Below the pieces are notes generated by a model, which saw nothing but the letters and a program-made list of their open reading frames with translations, made no database searches and was not told the DNA's origin. Position numbers and translations under genes: made by a program. A DNA stretch of 64,000 nt, from positions 13,572,656-13,636,655 of the forward strand of contig NC_134030.1 of NCBI RefSeq assembly GCF_964204645.1, in the 5' to 3' direction. Numbering within the stretch: the stretch's first letter is position 1; every line of letters begins with the position of its first letter. Positions 25,725 through 36,774 of this stretch are shown here, piece by piece. Origin of the DNA: Tubulanus polymorphus. Taxonomy: Eukaryota > Animalia > Nemertea.

Positions 25725-27017
25725 ATGAGTGGGAGTTATATCAATCCTTCTAAGAATCATAGAATATCTAATGCTATTAAAGCAGAAAGATCACATCATA
25801 TAATTACTCATAACCCTTCAAATATCAATCCCGATGAAACTTTATACGTTAGAATCCCTCGATTAACACAAAATACTTTTTATGTTCCAAATAGTATTTA
25901 TTTATCGGCTGATATAAAAGTAATCGGTAATAATAATAATTATGTCGTTGATAATGTTGGAAGATATTTGATTAAAAAGTTAACAATAAAGATTGGTCCA
26001 GAAACAGTTTTCTCATTAGATGATTATAATTTATTTTCACATTATAAAGATTTATGGTTAACTAAAGAAAATAGAAATAATATGATATTTCAAGGAATTC
26101 AATCAGAAAACCAAAATAAATTAAGATCAGAAGCTAATAGCGCAATATTAACTAATGATGTAGATAAATTGATAAAAAGTATATATGGAAGCAAATATAA
26201 AATTCCATTAGACTTTGAATTGATAAATAATAATGCACCTTTATATAAATACGCAATTCAAGAAGACGTTATATTCGAAATAACATTTGCTCCTGTAAAT
26301 GAAATTGTATTATCTAGCGTTAATAAAGATATGAGTTATAAATTATCGAATATATGTTTAGAATATGATACAGTAACTGATGAAAATATTTCAAGTATAA
26401 TTCAAACTCAATACAATCAAGGATTTTCATTATTATATGATTATATTGATAAATTTAAAACTGTAACTATTAATGCAAATGATGAAATAATTAATGAGAA
26501 TATTAACTTTCCTAGAAGATCTATTAAAGGTATATTAATATTTTTTACCATTGGAACGTATACTAATGGCGCAATAAATGTTGATAATTATTATAATCCT
26601 GAAATAACAAAAGTAGAAATAACTATCGAAGGAATAGCAAATAAAATATTTTGTCAAGGAATGAGAATGATAGATCAATGGCCAGAAATTAGAAAACATT
26701 TTATGAATGAAAAAGTAAAATCATTTGAAAATTGTAATATTAATCAAATTGATTATTATACCGGTAATAAATATGCATTATGGTTAGATTTTAGAACAAC
26801 AGAGGATAATTCATTACATGGTTCTGGAAAAAAACTACAGAACACTAAAGATGGAATACAATTATTCATGACAAAGAATAAAGGAATCAAAAATTTTAAA
26901 ATGCACATTTATATTATATCTGACGCGCAATTAAATATTGTAAATTCTCAATTAAATAGTGTTATAGTATCCCAATATATAGTATCCCAGTATATAAACT
27001 GGAAGTTACATGTTTAA
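25725..27017 (+). CDS. major capsid protein (double jelly-roll), C-terminus altered by rearrangement
   Basis: Size and motifs (NPDETLYVRIP, NICLEYD, ALWLDFR, LHGSG) resemble invertebrate Polinton MCPs; last ~15 aa come from junction filler and Gypsy DNA. Confidence 0.8.
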   Translation: MSGSYINPSKNHRISNAIKAERSHHIITHNPSNINPDETLYVRIPRLTQNTFYVPNSIYLSADIKVIGNNNNYVVDNVGRYLIKKLTIKIGPETVFSLDDYNLFSHYKDLWLTKENRNNMIFQGIQSENQNKLRSEANSAILTNDVDKLIKSIYGSKYKIPLDFELINNNAPLYKYAIQEDVIFEITFAPVNEIVLSSVNKDMSYKLSNICLEYDTVTDENISSIIQTQYNQGFSLLYDYIDKFKTVTINANDEIINENINFPRRSIKGILIFFTIGTYTNGAINVDNYYNPEITKVEITIEGIANKIFCQGMRMIDQWPEIRKHFMNEKVKSFENCNINQIDYYTGNKYALWLDFRTTEDNSLHGSGKKLQNTKDGIQLFMTKNKGIKNFKMHIYIISDAQLNIVNSQLNSVIVSQYIVSQYINWKLHV

Positions 27018-27667
27018 GCGGTTGCCCTTCGGTCTAAGAAATAGCCCGGCAACATTTCAGATGACGATGAATGAAGTTTTGCGTGGGTTTCACTGGTCAT
27101 TCTGTTTAGTATATATCGATGATATTCTGATATATTCAAGATCGTTCGATGAACACTTGCAACATTTGAGGTTAGTTTTTGACCGACTTAGGGTAGCTAA
27201 TTTGACTTTGAAGCCATCTAAGTGCAAGTTTGCTCAGAATAAGGTTCATTATTTAGGATTCCTTTTTTCGGATAAAGGAGTTGAGGCAGATCCTGCTAAA
27301 TGTGAGGTGATTAATTCATTTCCGGTACCAAAGAATAGAAAAGAACTTCGGTCTTTCCTAGGGCTTTTTACTTCTATAGACGGTTTGTCAAAGGTTATTC
27401 ATCGATTGCAACCAAACTTACTTCACTTTTGGAAAAAGACATTAAATTTATTTGGACTGCTGATCATCAGGCAGCATTTGAGAAATTCAAAAATCATTTA
27501 GTGACACCTCCTTTATTAGCTTACCCTGATCCGAAGAAGGAATACTTTCTCTGCACTGATGCTTCCGACACGGCAATCGTTATATTTTGGGTCAGGTTGA
27601 TGCGAATGGCCTCGAACAGGTTGTTGCGTATGGGGGCAGAGCTCTGTCTGCTTCACAGCGTCGCTGG
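26996..27667 (+). repeat. inverted copy of Gypsy RT/RH segment 11594-12265 inside the Polinton
   Basis: 672 bp, one substitution seen, shares the same frameshifts. Confidence 0.95.
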
Positions 27668-30600
27668 AATTCTAACGTATTAATCAAATTTTAATAAAAA
27701 TATGTTATTAAAATGGAGAGTAAACAAACGCACAGTGAGAACAACAAATTATTTCTAGATAGAATTAAAGATATAACAAATGTAAAATCTGTAGATTATA
27801 AATTCAAAAAGTTAACAGAATTAACAATCCATAAGAAATATCTAATTACAAATATTGATACAGTTACTAATAACTATGGAGATAAATTAGTTATACACTT
27901 AGAATATGAAGGATTAAAAGGAAATACATATAAATTCAGAACATATTTACCAGATAGATTTCATAGATTATCAAGTGAAGATTTAGAAGAATTATGTTCT
28001 GGAGATTTCTATTTCGTATACAAAGGTAAGAATGAGAAAGGGCACCATGAAATAGATTTCGAATGAGAAAATATGTAAAATAAATGGCGGAATTAAAAGA
28101 ATACAGAATATATGTTGATTCTAGAAAACTTACAAATTATAAATCTCATAATTTACTAGTACAATTAGATAGAGAATTCAAGAATTGTGTAGATTTAAAA
28201 TTAGTTAATATAAGTTTATGTAATTCTTTTTATAATATATCGAATAAAACTATTGAACATAGAGCTTTTTTAATTTTTAATAAAAATAAAAATGAATGGG
28301 CCTATATATATTTAAAACCGGGGTTATATAATTCAGATACATTAGCACAAGAAATTAATAGAAAAACCTGGCACAAATTAGGTAGTAGTTCTGGGTTAAG
28401 TATTAGATTTTTAAAAAGTGAGAGTTCTGATAGAATAAAGATAAGGTTGTCTAATAGTGAAAAACATAAATTTATGGTAAAAAAACCTATAGCTAAACTG
28501 TTAGGAATTCTTCCAGATAGATCTTTTACAAATATTGACGCTACTACACCAAACTTAATACCTTACACACATTTTTATATTTATTGCAATTTAATCGATC
28601 CTACAAAAACATTCGAAGCAACTAAAGATATAACTTGTAATTCTGGTTTAATAAACATTTTACCATTGAAGAATGTTAAAGAATTTGGAACGCAAATAAA
28701 TTATAATTTAACAGAATGTGATTTCAAACCATGCATTCCTCGTTTTAATAATTTTAGATTAGAAATTAGAAATCACAATGGATACTTAATTGATTTAAAT
28801 AATTTCCCCGTAATTTATGAATTAGTTGTAAGATGTAGAGAGTAATTTTTTTCACTATATAAATGAATATAACTGTTGGACCGAGTATATGTTTTGGGTT
28901 TGATTTTAAACATGGTAAAGAAATGAGAATTAAACTAAATGATGTCATTACTGATATAAAAAGTAAATCATTTAACAATGCGTCAATGATTGATAAAGAA
29001 AATTATAATATAGAAAAAGTAATTGATTTAATTTAAACACCTTTAGAATATTATGAATTAAATGAAGATGGAATTATTGAAGATATCAAAAACATATTAT
29101 CCAAAATATATGATAATCATAAAAATAGTAATGAAATAAATGTTGAATTAATCATAAATAAGTTAAATAAGCTAAATATTTTGATGATAGTAATTTTTAT
29201 GATAAATAAATGAGTGATAATAAGTGGATAATAACTGGATTATATAATGGCGCATTACTATCAGTTGGAACTGTTGGTTATTCAATGGTATTAAAAAAAG
29301 TATTCAAAATGGGAAGTGTTAATGTTGATAGATTTGATATAAATGATATCTTAAAATTAACATTAGCAGTTACTTTATCTAATTTAACAATTGATTATTT
29401 GGAAAAACAAAAATATATTCCTCCCATATAAATGCGTAATTTTTTTTGCTAAATGAATGGCTTCTGCAATTATAACTATTATAGGATCGGCAATTGTTAA
29501 CGCTTTAGCATTTACTGGAGGTGGATATTTATTTAAACATATTGATAAAAATAGTTCATTGGGAGAACAAAGAAGACATAACTTAGCGTTAGAGAAATAC
29601 AATAAAGCTGTAGAAGAATATAGAGAAAAGAGACAAAACTATATGGATTACATCAATATAGAATTATATGATCAGAAGATTTCACATAGAGATTTTCAAT
29701 CAGTTGATGATGCAATGAGTTTATATAACGCAGTAACAAATAAAGAAAAATTACATCTATACAAACCTAAATTATCAGATTATTATACCCCAAGTAAAGA
29801 ACAACAGAAATATGAAATAATATGGATTTTAGGTGGAACAGTTATTGTTATATTTGTTGCTTATAAATTTACTAATTAGTAATTTTTTTTCTAAATAAAT
29901 GGAAGATAAAGTTGATAGTATTGATATTATTTCTCATGATATAAATAAAACTAAATTAAAAACATATTTAGAAAAACAAATATTAGAATTTGAAAGTGAT
30001 TTAAAAGTTGAAAAGAAAAAATATTTAAAAAGTAAAATTATATATTATTTTATTATTAGTAGTTCAGTTACAATTAGTTCTGTAATAACATTTTTAGCAA
30101 TATTCAGCCCATTAACACCTTTAGCTATATCAATTGGTGTATTAGGATTAAGTTCAAGTGTTTTAACTGGTATAAGTTCAAAATTAGATATAAAAAGTAA
30201 TAAAGAAAAAATTAAAACTAATATAAAAGAAATTAATAAATTAAAGAATACACTAGATTATATAATAAGTTTAAATGGCCATATAACAGTTGAAGAACAA
30301 GATAGATTATTAAAAGAATTAGTTAATTATTAATTTTTTAGTTATATAAATGGCAGATAGTTTTCCAAAAGCTTTCCAATATAATAAATCAATTAAATAT
30401 AATATTCCAGCAATAGATTTTAATAAAGATATTACATATAGAAATGAAGTTTTAGATTCATTAACTAATTTAGAAATTTATGTTACTGAAACTAATAATT
30501 TTAATGCAAAGATGGAAAATATATTTCATGTATATTTAATTAATTTTTAAAAATTGAAAGATGAAAAACAATGGTTATTAAAATCTAATATGAAGTATTG

Positions 30601-31377
30601 GCAGAATCAATTAAATTTTGCTGTTTATTGTGCAACAACAAGTTTTATAAAATTTGCAATGAATTTAATATAGATATAAATAATTCTGATTTTAGAACAA
30701 AAATTGGAACAATAAGATCACTTCCTTGCCCTAAAAAGATTGCAGAATATTGTGCACTTCCCATACCATCTAATAGTTTTTATAATATCTATAATAATAA
30801 ATTAGGTTATGGTAAAATAGAAACAAAGGATTAAGAAACATTAAATTTCAATAAATTGCCGAAATTTTATGATCATTTAAAACAAGAAAACAATAATGGT
30901 TGGGTTTATTTTATTTTAGAAAATAGTGAAGGTTTTACTAAATCAGGTATAGAAAGAATAAATCAATCTATTAGAACTTATTTGATATGTATTCTAGGAT
31001 CACAAGTTGAAACAAGATCACCGATAATTGGAAATTTGAATACATCATTCGATACACAAAAACAGTTTAAAGTTTTATTTGAAGATTCAATTCATAATGA
31101 TAAAAATAGATCGATTCCAGAAAACATTATTAGATATCAAAATTATTTAGATAAATCACATGTAAGACTTAATTATTGTATAGGCCCTAATCTATTAATT
31201 ATTTCTAATGATTTAGTATTAAAGATGGGAAATATAATTGGTTATAATAATCTAATTAAAACTGCAACAATAAATAATTCATTTGGGTTAAATGATATAA
31301 ATAAAAAGATTATTACTGCTCCAAAATTAATGGAAGGTGAAAAAAATAAAAAACACATTCAATCAACAGAAACTAAA
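27667..31377 (+). repeat. direct duplication of 17956-21666 (second copies of SSB-like, mCP and TM genes)
   Basis: Constant offset of 9711; only a few substitutions seen (L>S in mCP, nonsense in the 116-aa ORF, P>S in the 144-aa ORF). Confidence 0.97.
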
Positions 31378-31393
31378 GAAACAACAGAAACTA

Positions 31394-32073
31394 TTATCTT
31401 CTTTTCTAGCTTGTATAGGTTTCATATTTATAGAACTATGTTTAGAATTATTATAACGTTTCACTAAATCATCTAACACATTGATATATTCATATGTTTC
31501 ATTAGCAGTAAAATATTTCCACATTCTAGTTTTCAATGTTTTATTAAATCTTTCTATAACAAATGCTTTTTTATCTGAATGTGTTGAAAAATATTCTACA
31601 TCGTTATCAGTTAATAGTTTTTTAAAATGTTTGTTATAAAATTCTTTACCTTCATCAAATTGTATTTTATCTGGGATAGCTTCTTTAAATATTAATTTTA
31701 AAGAATTTGTAACTTCTATACCAGTTTTATTTTTAATCGGGATACTCCATGCGTATCTACTGAATATATCTATAACATTTAGTATCCAAAAATATCCTTT
31801 GTTATATTCTTCTAAGTTTTTCATATCAATTAAATCAGCTTGCCATTGTTGGTTAATATATGAAACCATTACTTTTCTTGTTAAATATTTTTTATCCATC
31901 TTTTTATGAATTTGATATGTGGGTTGATTTTGTAACCATGATTTTAATTCACTATATTTTATTTTTTCTTTATCAGATTTAATTTTATCCCATAATTCCG
32001 AAACACTTGAATATGAAACTTCACTTTCTGGGTTATAATATAAATCTCTTAAATATTGTTCTTTTTTCATCAT
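31394..32073 (-). pseudogene. retroviral-like (rve) Polinton integrase, C-terminally truncated
   Basis: WQADLIDM, QFDEGKEF and IERFNKTLK form the DDE triad; native sequence ends at QARKEDN at the duplication junction. Confidence 0.92.
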
Positions 32074-32076
32074 ATT

Positions 32077-32472
32077 TTAATCCATTAATAATATTTTAGA
32101 TTTATTTTCATTTGATTTATTTTCTGGTGGTTTATTGTCTGTACATGGGTAACGAAGTTTCCGTTCATCATTATCATTATCACTTTCATTATTATTAAAT
32201 TTATATTTATATATTACACCAGAGAATATAATTACTGTGATTAATCCAATTGTAATATATAATTTATTATTACTTCCAGTATTATAAGAATTAGATGGAT
32301 TATTATTTGAATTAATACCAGATTCATTTATATCAGTTAATTTCTTTTTCTTAGCTTTTTTTAATTCTGCAGATCTTTTACCTAATTTCTTTGCCCATTC
32401 AATTTGTTTCTCAGATCTAGGCTTTTTTTTAATATCACCGTGTGGGTGTTGAACGACACCATCATCACTCAT
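32077..32472 (-). CDS. basic/TM hypothetical protein
   Basis: 131 aa, Lys-rich N-terminus, TM segment LYITIGLITVIIFSGVIY, TAAATG start. Confidence 0.65.
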   Translation of the reverse strand: MSDDGVVQHPHGDIKKKPRSEKQIEWAKKLGKRSAELKKAKKKKLTDINESGINSNNNPSNSYNTGSNNKLYITIGLITVIIFSGVIYKYKFNNNESDNDNDERKLRYPCTDNKPPENKSNENKSKILLMD

Positions 32473-33088
32473 TTATTTTACTTAATTTTTGTTCTGATTC
32501 ATCTTCTGTTTCGCGGTTTGGTTGTAGTACAGCGACATCTGTTTCGTTCTTACCTGATTTACTTTTATCTTTGTTTTCCATAGGTTTGATATTCGAAAAT
32601 GTTATAACTCCAGTAGAAATCAATGTCATAACCGATCCTAATTGGAATGAAGCATATCCAACCCATTTTTGTAATTCAGTCATAACTAAGTAGTCATTTT
32701 TCAAATCACTATATAATTTATTTTCATCATTAATTGGTATTACCTGGTTACATAATTTTGAATAACATTTGACAATACCATCTGAAATAGAATCATTTAT
32801 TCTAGCTAATCTTGACTCTTCATAAATCTTAAAATATTTGATTACTTTTTCTTTGTTCATATTATCTAATTCTTGAAAAGTTATTGTTTTACCAATAAAC
32901 TCTTTAGATTTGCCACTCGCAATCAATAGTTCGAGTTGATGTTTAGAATATAAATAGTACTCGTAATCAATATTACTATCAATTTTATTATCACATTTAG
33001 TTGCCACATTATCATTATCATCTGTTAGGCCTAAATCCTCCAAAGTTTTTTCAACTTTAACATTATTCTTATTAGATTTCTTAGACAT
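32465..33088 (-). CDS. hypothetical Polinton protein with C-proximal hydrophobic helix
   Basis: 207 aa, TAAATG start. Confidence 0.65.
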   Translation of the reverse strand: MSKKSNKNNVKVEKTLEDLGLTDDNDNVATKCDNKIDSNIDYEYYLYSKHQLELLIASGKSKEFIGKTITFQELDNMNKEKVIKYFKIYEESRLARINDSISDGIVKCYSKLCNQVIPINDENKLYSDLKNDYLVMTELQKWVGYASFQLGSVMTLISTGVITFSNIKPMENKDKSKSGKNETDVAVLQPNRETEDESEQKLSKINE

Positions 33089-33394
33089 TTATATTAGAGA
33101 AATTTAATAAGAATAGTATTATAAGTATTCTTCAAATGATACTAGCTAGTTAAAGCTAAAGAATTCTAGTATTAGTTATTGCTTTTTTAGTATTTTTTAT
33201 TTGTGATATAAAGTATTCTTTTTTGAAAAGAAAATATTAAAAATTAAAATAGAAATAATAGATAGTTGAAGGTATGTAATTTTTATTATATTTTATTTAA
33301 AATCTATTTGATATCACCATGTGGGTGCCGTACGGCACCATCTCACTACTTTTGTTTATCTATTAGGAGCAGTAGTTATAACTGTCCAGATAAG

Positions 33395-34061
33395 TCATTT
33401 CGGATCCTTGATATCAAATTCCTCAACGTATTGTTCATTATTTGGATTATTGTTCCATTGATCAATAAATTTCTTTGCCTTTGTTAACTGTTCTAAATAT
33501 AACTGTAAATCTAGTTTATTAGATTTGATTTGATTTTCTTTCTTTTCTAAAGGTCTTAAATTTTTCCAACCCCAAATAAGTTTTTTATTGTATTCATCAT
33601 TCATGTTAAATTTAGATATTGGTAACACGTGATCAATATGGTAATAATCCCCATAATTATCTATATTCATTTTATCATCGAATTGAAATATAATCCATGA
33701 TTTGAGAAATTCATCTGAACAACCCAATAAATTAGATAGTGTTTCTGAATGAGTTTCTTTGTTGAATAATTGTGTTAATCTAGATCTTAAGCATTGTTTC
33801 AATCTAAAATTAAGATCTGTTATATATCTTTCTCTCATATATTCTGTCATATAATCATTATAAGATTCTCTATTATCTTCTCGATATTGTTTGGTATATA
33901 GTTTAACAGCAATATTGAAAACCATCTTTGCTAATCTTACGCTTACTAAATTCTGTTATAGCTAATTTATCTAATTCACACTTAGAACACTTCTTGTAGT
34001 ATATATTTATAACACCAGTGTTATTTGTAATATTGATAGTTTGTGGTTGTTCTGGTTCCAT
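33395..34061 (-). pseudogene. zinc-ribbon plus HNH-like endonuclease (NCLDV type), frameshifted
   Basis: True start at 34061 (TAAATG) gives KKCSKC...FSKRKISKDGFQYCC; frameshift into LLGCS...HIDHVLP...NLRPL...EN..KSNK. Confidence 0.75.
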
Positions 34062-34123
34062 TTATTATACATATTTTTTTACTAAATTGGTTAATATTTT
34101 AGAATTCTCTTCCATTTCTGCTT

Positions 34124-34423
34124 TGTATTTCAGTTGAATAATAGAATAATTATTATCATTTGAATATATTTGATTATATGAAATTGTGTATTGTAAATAA
34201 ATCAATTGGTGGCGGAGCGGAGCGGTAGCGAAGTGGAGCGACCAATTGATTTAATACAATATGCTTTTTAGATTATTGATATCTTAGAATAAATATTTAG
34301 TTTTAATATAAAATACACACCGTTATGAAAATATATTATAGTTTTTAATTACTTTTAATGTTTTGTTTTTTAATGAGCTCGACCCTTCGACCTTTGATCT
34401 GAAAACCCATTACCCCTATTACT
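34124..34423 (-). repeat. right TIR of Polinton
   Basis: Reverse complement of 13456-13755. Confidence 0.95.
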
Positions 34424-35693
34424 GATACACAACTGATGCTAGCCCTGCTATCTAATAAGGCACCAACCCGTTGTGAACCAATAAAGACAGTAGTTACATT
34501 TCGTTCTAATTGTGCTACCAACGAAATGTTGGCCTGAGGGTGCCTATCCAAGTTTCCCTGGACAGGCGCGCATCCCTATGTGGAGTTATTACTATCAAAC
34601 ATACACGCTTTAGCAGTATGTCCTATTTTGTGACACACGTCACACTCAGTGAAAATAGCCTGACAGTCTGACCTCAACGAACATGCGCCATGGCAATAAA
34701 AACACCTACCAAACCTATCTTTTCTGACAGGGTAATTAAACGATTGTCTCGAGCGATTATTATACGTGTATCGCTGGTCGCTGCCAACGATCCGTCTTGG
34801 GATATGCGGTCGACTCTGGTGACTGTTGTATTCGGGTCGCGGTCATGGTTGTCCACCCCAATTATCACAATGATCGCGGTTACTGTGAACTCGATGTTCT
34901 ACTTGTTCCTGTCGACGTTCCATTCGATCCATTCGCTGTCCGATCGCATATACGAGCTCCGTGACCGAGTCGGGTAACGGTTTATCGACCACAGCTACTG
35001 TCTGAGGGGGCAACGTCGCCTCGATGGTTAGGGCCGCTGATCTTATATCCAACAACGACTTAGGCGGGTTTATTACCAGATATGGCTTCAGCTGGTCGCG
35101 TATGCCATTCAAAGCGAGATGCACGATTTCGGTCGTACCGCAAGTTGATGTCGTGGCCGCTCTTTCCACACGATCTAGATAATCCTTCGTTGATTTGGTT
35201 TTACCCTGATTGATGCCAGATAATAGGACATCTGTTACCGGTCGGTACCTACGACGCAACGCATCTTTTAATTTTACGATGCAACGCATCTTTTAATTTT
35301 ACGATTTCGTCTTGTTCAATTTCACTCAGCCCACTTATCACCATTTCGACTGATGGCGAGACGTGTCGAAATAAAATAATACGGCTGTAGCGAGTTCGGT
35401 ACAGCATGATGACGGGCCCAGCGCTCGAACTGGCGTATCCACGCGTCGACATTTTGTAAACCATGGAATTTGGTCAAATTTTGTTTTATTGACATTTTAT
35501 TGAACGCGACTACTTCTGGATCTATCGGTGATCCAGTAGCACTTAGGCTGCTTTCGAGAGCCATATTATCGTCCACCGAAGAACAGCTTTCTTGATCGCT
35601 TTCTTCCACTGAACCGGGTTGTACGAGAATCGGAGCAGGAGTTGAGGTACCACTTCTCAATAGGTACTGATTATTTTTACCAGGCTGTGGCAT
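34424..35693 (-). pseudogene. gag: Gypsy gag and start of protease, frameshifted
   Basis: Gag-like FHGLQNVDAWIRQFE; CCHC knuckle CDVCHKIGHTAKAC near 34605-34645; protease ALLDSRAS (DSG changed to DSR); 25-bp tandem duplication at 35256-35304. Confidence 0.85.
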
Positions 35694-35702
35694 CAGGAAC
35701 GA

Positions 35703-35715
35703 GCGTTCTCCACCA
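35703..35715 (-). promoter_or_regulatory. primer-binding site, probably tRNA-Ala
   Basis: TGGTGGAGAACGC just upstream of gag; resembles the complement of a eukaryotic tRNA-Ala 3' end. Confidence 0.6.
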
Positions 35716-35832
35716 TTATAATAACGCTTTACAATTTAGAACAACGCTTAAGACTTAGACGGGGAATCTAGTCAGATGGTAGTCGCACAGCCTGGGATCC
35801 TGGTTTCGTCCTCCTTTTACCTGCAACGTCCT

Positions 35833-36147
35833 GTAATGTCCAAGAAGACCAAAAACACGATGATATATAATAGTCGTTCATTATTATTGAGAGTCCAAAA
35901 CCAGAATGATTATTATAGTCTTATTATGTTGATTACAAATATTACCTATAAAATTAAGGCCTACATGATATAGGTTTCAAAACAAAAACTAATCTGCCTA
36001 AAAGATTTACACTGTACTACAAATTTAGTACAAATATTGCTTAACTCAAGTTATACGGTTTGCTTACCCGTAATGTCCAAGAAGACCAAAACACGATGAT
36101 ATATAATAGTCGTTCTTTATTATTGAGAGTCCAAAACCAGAATGATC
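35833..36147. repeat. about 78-bp direct repeat (35833-35910 and 36070-36147) at the truncated 5' LTR
   Basis: GTAATGTCCAAGAAGACC...CCAGAATGAT present twice. Confidence 0.8.
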
Positions 36148-36774
36148 CAAAAAAGTCTCTGCTGGACCTTCTTGGTTTTGGCTCCGGCTTCTTGGACCAG
36201 GCAACCGATTGGAGGGTAGAAACCAAGCTACAGTGGTGTTTACACAGGTGAAAGTTTGCCTAATAGTTTGGTCCACTAATGGCCGGACTTTTGGTTGAAG
36301 TAGTTTCCTTTAACTCTAATAAAAACACACTCGAGTCAGATGTCACTTTATATCGGAGTTGTATTGTAAACAAAGACGTGTCAACTCTGCTTGAGTATGA
36401 CTGTTTTGATTTACTAGATAGTTGATATTCCAAAAGTCAGATAATATGAAATTGAATATGATGTATGAAATGGTTATTTCATACTGATAAAAATGATGCC
36501 CAATATGTGATATAAATCTTCAATAAAAAAAGGAGAAATCGTAAATAATAATTTAGTGTTGTTACACCAGTCAATCAAGAGAAGAATGAGCACAGTGTAT
36601 TTTCGTCTAGTCATAGTTTAGATATATATGATAATCAGGATTTTAAACCACTGCATTTGTTTGAAGTTTTGTAGTTAAGATGAAGAAAATTAGCAAAATA
36701 AACGGCATTGGTTCTGTCCATTCAATCTTGTATGGATCAGATCTCTGAAAAACCGCCCTATCATCTCATAAGTA

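Larger units (their letters stand above)
13456..34423 (+). mobile_element. Polinton/Maverick (adintovirus-like endogenous virus), 20,968 bp
   Basis: 6-bp TSD GATACA (13450-13455 and 34424-34429); AG...CT termini; 300-bp TIRs; pPolB, capsid and integrase genes. Confidence 0.97.

Noticed and set aside
27010-27683. A Polinton that natively encodes reverse transcriptase
   Set aside because: The segment is a partial, near-identical copy of the flanking decayed Gypsy and shares its frameshifts; it is rearrangement cargo
35717-35830. Host Gypsy 5' LTR being the same family as the 22219-24527 solo LTR
   Set aside because: Only vague similarity over about 35 bp and no alignable block; no matching 3' LTR seen
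36559-36570. TTGTTACACCAG matching the right junction of the solo LTR at 24520-24531
   Set aside because: Only about 12 bp with no further homology; probably chance
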